From: the human T2T-CHM13v2.0 reference genome, Homo sapiens
DNA: 64,000 bases
Assembly (NCBI RefSeq): GCF_009914755.1
Contig: NC_060942.1
Direction: 5' to 3' (one strand)
In this document: positions 60,796 to 64,000 of the stretch, in pieces
Layout: every line of letters starts with the position of its first letter
How positions within the stretch are numbered: position 1 is the first letter of the stretch
Program-made: the position numbers and the translations under genes
Notes under the pieces: model-generated
Database searches by the model: none
What the model was told of the DNA's origin: nothing
Seen by the model: only the letters and a program-made list of their open reading frames with translations

Positions 60796-63233
60796 GTCAT
60801 GTTCATCCATGAGGAAGGCACTGGGCCATGTTTGCCACTCGCCGTCAGGACAGCTATCACAGTAAGCCTAGCTCATGTAAGACTTGCTGTTGCTTTAGGC
60901 TGGGAAAGCAGGAACTCTTCTGGAGTGCTAGTGGGAGGGGCAAGTTCTAGGTATCCCTGCTACCTGGCATATAACTGCTGTTCAATAAATGTTGATTGTA
61001 ATGAATGGCAGGATACTGGTATCTTAGCTTTATTTATTATATTTAGAGTCCTGAGTACTATTGCATATTTCTTAAAGTCTTTTTTTCTAACCATCTGCCA
61101 AAATACTTGCAAGTTGTGCCAAACAACACACCATGGAAGAGTATCTATGACCCCAGGTTTCTGGATATGCAGGAAATAAAAGGAAGAAACTCTTAATCCG
61201 CAATTTAGTCCTTGGCCTCTAGTGTTTTTGACAAACGAATTACAGTTAGACATGGTGTGATCACTTTTTATGGACAATAAAAGCTGAATATGTTTTTAGC
61301 TTTTTTGCTGTAGTTTTTACAATACTGATAATTGTAATTATCAGTATAATTGGGTCTCTCTATTCTATATTCTTTGTTTTTAGTACTATTTGTCAAAATC
61401 TTTTTCTACCTTTTTTTTTTTTTCAGATGTTCCTTTCTCTTTCATGTTACTTTCACATCTACTGCCCTCTGTCTTGCCTCTTGGCGTCATCTTTTTAAAG
61501 CTCGAATGAGTTCAACTTCATTTTGTAAAGGAGTCAAAGGAAGAGGTGAAAGGACTTACGCCAGGGCCTGGACAGAGCCCAGGCTCCTGACTTCTCTGCC
61601 AGTTCTCTTAGCATTCTCCTTCCTAAAGTCTTTCCTAAGTAGCTAACTTAAAGATTCCAATGGGCAGTCAAACAGCATGAGAGATTAGTCAAGAAATGGA
61701 AGAAGTAGAGTTGTGTAATGCACTGTAAGGCGTCAAGGCAGTTAATCATACTCAAAGGCACAAGACAGTGCAGGTGAACAGTCCAAGACTGCAAACAACC
61801 AAAAACCAAACCAAACCACAGGATTAAAGCTCATTCACCTCACATATTTTCAGTATTATCAAGTCAAGGAATATTTACTAATGGAGGAAGAAGAATCCTC
61901 CTTCACGTCCAAGTGATGGTTAAAGGGCGATCTCCATTATCACATAAATAGGAAATGTGCTTAGAAATAACACATATATGTCTTCAGTATGCTGACAAAT
62001 AAGAGGGTATTTCTTATAAGTGGAAACATTTCACTGGTGTAAGCTGTTAAAATTGTGACACTTTTATTCTATCTAAATCAGTTGGAGTATTTAAAAGAAT
62101 TAACTAAATAGTTCTAAGTGCCCCAAAACAATTCATGGTAAGAAGAGTTTTACTCCTCAAATTCTCTTTATTGGTAGTCTGAAAAAAAAAGAGTATTTCA
62201 CAACTATCAAAAAGTGTAAAATGTACCACTTATGTGTATGATATTCATATTTCATTTTTACTAACTGAGCAATGACCCATCTTCCGTCTACCAGAATGCA
62301 CCACAAAAATCTATGAAAAAGAATATATGTATTTCCCCAAAAAGAAATTCCCTGAGCATGTTAATATATTTAGAACACAAACCACTTCAAGTATACATCC
62401 ATATCTATACACCCCATCACAAAAATCGCATAATTTTCCCGGCTTCTAAATATCAGCTGAGTCATTATTCATTCATGAGTACATTAAACCTGGGGCTAAA
62501 TCCTGTAAATAATTTCAGCCAAGAGGCGTTTTCCCCTTCTCATTCACCAAATTTCCTTTCCCGTTTTAGGAAGTCACAAAACGGTAAGAATTTCAGTCCC
62601 CTTCCTTGTCTGTAACTGTCAATCAAATTACAGAACGGAAAAATGTCAAGAGGATCCAGGAGACGGCACCAGGAAGCAGCAGAGACCTGGGCGATCCACA
62701 AAGGAGCAGGAGAGGCCTGAGCAGGCAGGGATGGCCAGAACACAGCCCTGCACTCCTCTACCAGTGCACTCAGCCTGCAGCAAGCTCAGCAAAGGCACAG
62801 TAAAAAAAGTGAGCCATGCCAATTTAAGTGTGTGCCTTCTGCGTGCAAAGCACACCAGGGGTTACAAAAACCCTGGCGTTCTTCATGGCTAGGCAGCTCT
62901 ACCTTGTTCTTTCTTCCCTTCATCAAAAGTCAACAATATCCTCTTATGTTTTTCATATAGCTGGCTGCAGTATATTTTTCAAATCAAATTTCAAACTCTA
63001 AATAAAAATGAGTTGGTAGCCTTTGACATGTATAGAAATTTACAAGGGGGAAAAAAAACCCTGCTTCAATTAAAACAAAGGAACTTAAGACAGAGCCACT
63101 AATAATTAGAAAGAATAATATTACAAATTAAATCTGCAGAGTGGCTCACTATTTTGGAAGTATTTTCAGTGAGTTATTATTCCAACTCTGAGGCAGCAAA
63201 ACTGCCAGGAGAGATGTGAGTGGACTCACTCTG

Positions 63234-63247
63234 CTATGACGTCATAG
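63234..63247. promoter_or_regulatory. Full CRE (TGACGTCA) inside 14-bp palindrome ctatgacgtcatag
   Basis: Direct reading of the sequence; function unproven. Confidence 0.45.
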
Positions 63248-63469
63248 TGATGTTATCATAGCTATAGAACATTTGAGATTTAAGCTATTTTCCAATATTA
63301 TCCTACTGAATTCCCGCAGCCATCCCAGTGACATAAGCAGGGATCACCAACGAGAAAAACAGAAAAGAAGTCATTTTCAGAAAAGAAGTCATTATTTATA
63401 TCTGTTTACACCTATCAGCTCTATTGCAGCCAAACTGTACATATACTCATTTTGCTTACATACTAATCC

Positions 63470-63620
63470 TATTGTTGCATGATCATCCCAATTTTATGGC
63501 TAAGGGATCTGAGGCACAGAGAGGTTAAGCAACTTGCTTAAAGTCACACAGCTAATAAACTGGCAAAACTGAGATTCAAAACCACGTAGTCTTGTTTTGG
63601 AGTTTGAGTTTTTAAGTACT
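63470..63620 (-). mobile_element. MIR
   Basis: ctgaggcacagagaggttaagcaacttgcttaaagtcacacagcta core. Confidence 0.85.
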
Positions 63621-64000
63621 ACAACCGTATCTCCTGATAACTAAGAATTCTCTCCGCGGTGCTCATGGACTCCTACCAAAACCCAGCTTTGTAGAGTCCT
63701 AAGTCCCCTATACTGCCTGGCCATTTAGCAGCCTAGGGCTGTTTTGCCCGTAGAGAAGAACACAAGATCATCTCAGTCAGGGCAGCACAAAGGAGGTTCT
63801 TGTGTGTTACTGCAAGAAGCAGGACCATTCATCTGTCTTCCAGACATGAAGTTGAGCTAAGATGCAGCAGGTATTAATACACTTGTTTAATATTACTAGA
63901 GACAGAGAGAGGCTAAGTAACCGGCTGAGAGTTACACTAGGGTTTAGTGGTGAAACCAGACCCACGACTAAATATCAGCACACTAAACTGATTAAAAACC

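Noticed and set aside
61552-61650. Minus-strand donor GGC|GTAAGT as a possible alternative 5' exon
   Set aside because: Equally good GTAAG donors occur repeatedly in this intron (about 56960, 57240, 58550). The upstream ATG is out of frame with exon 9 and there is no promoter evidence.

Overview
Human (primate) genomic DNA containing the 3' part of TCF4 (E2-2/ITF2, class I bHLH E-protein; chr18q21) on the minus strand. Eleven coding exons (exons 9-19 in TCF4-B numbering, recalled) were placed from splice sites. They join into one stop-free frame of 1467 nt (488 aa + TAA) ending in the bHLH domain and C-terminus. A non-coding last exon gives a long 3'UTR that runs off the left edge, and the 5' exons lie beyond the right edge. 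The introns hold 10 Alus, L1M, L2, L3/CR1, MIRs, MER5A/MER20/MER3, MLT-like LTR remnants and microsatellites. Almost all ORFs in the supplied track are intronic or Alu noise. I see no convincing new gene or multi-gene system. The best second-look signals are: an 88-bp non-Alu inverted repeat whose transitions are all G-U compatible in the sense pre-mRNA; a young 207-bp dispersed duplication next to an ancient L3; a twin-primed (5'-inverted) Alu; a GUAGUG cluster and a repeated 14-mer in the 3'UTR; a GC-AG intron 4 nt after the stop; phase-0 exon blocks bracketed by inverted Alus (stop-free circles); a long open frame and cryptic exon upstream of the bHLH exon; and CTCF/CRE motifs. Old-repeat boundaries and subfamilies are approximate, judged by eye.
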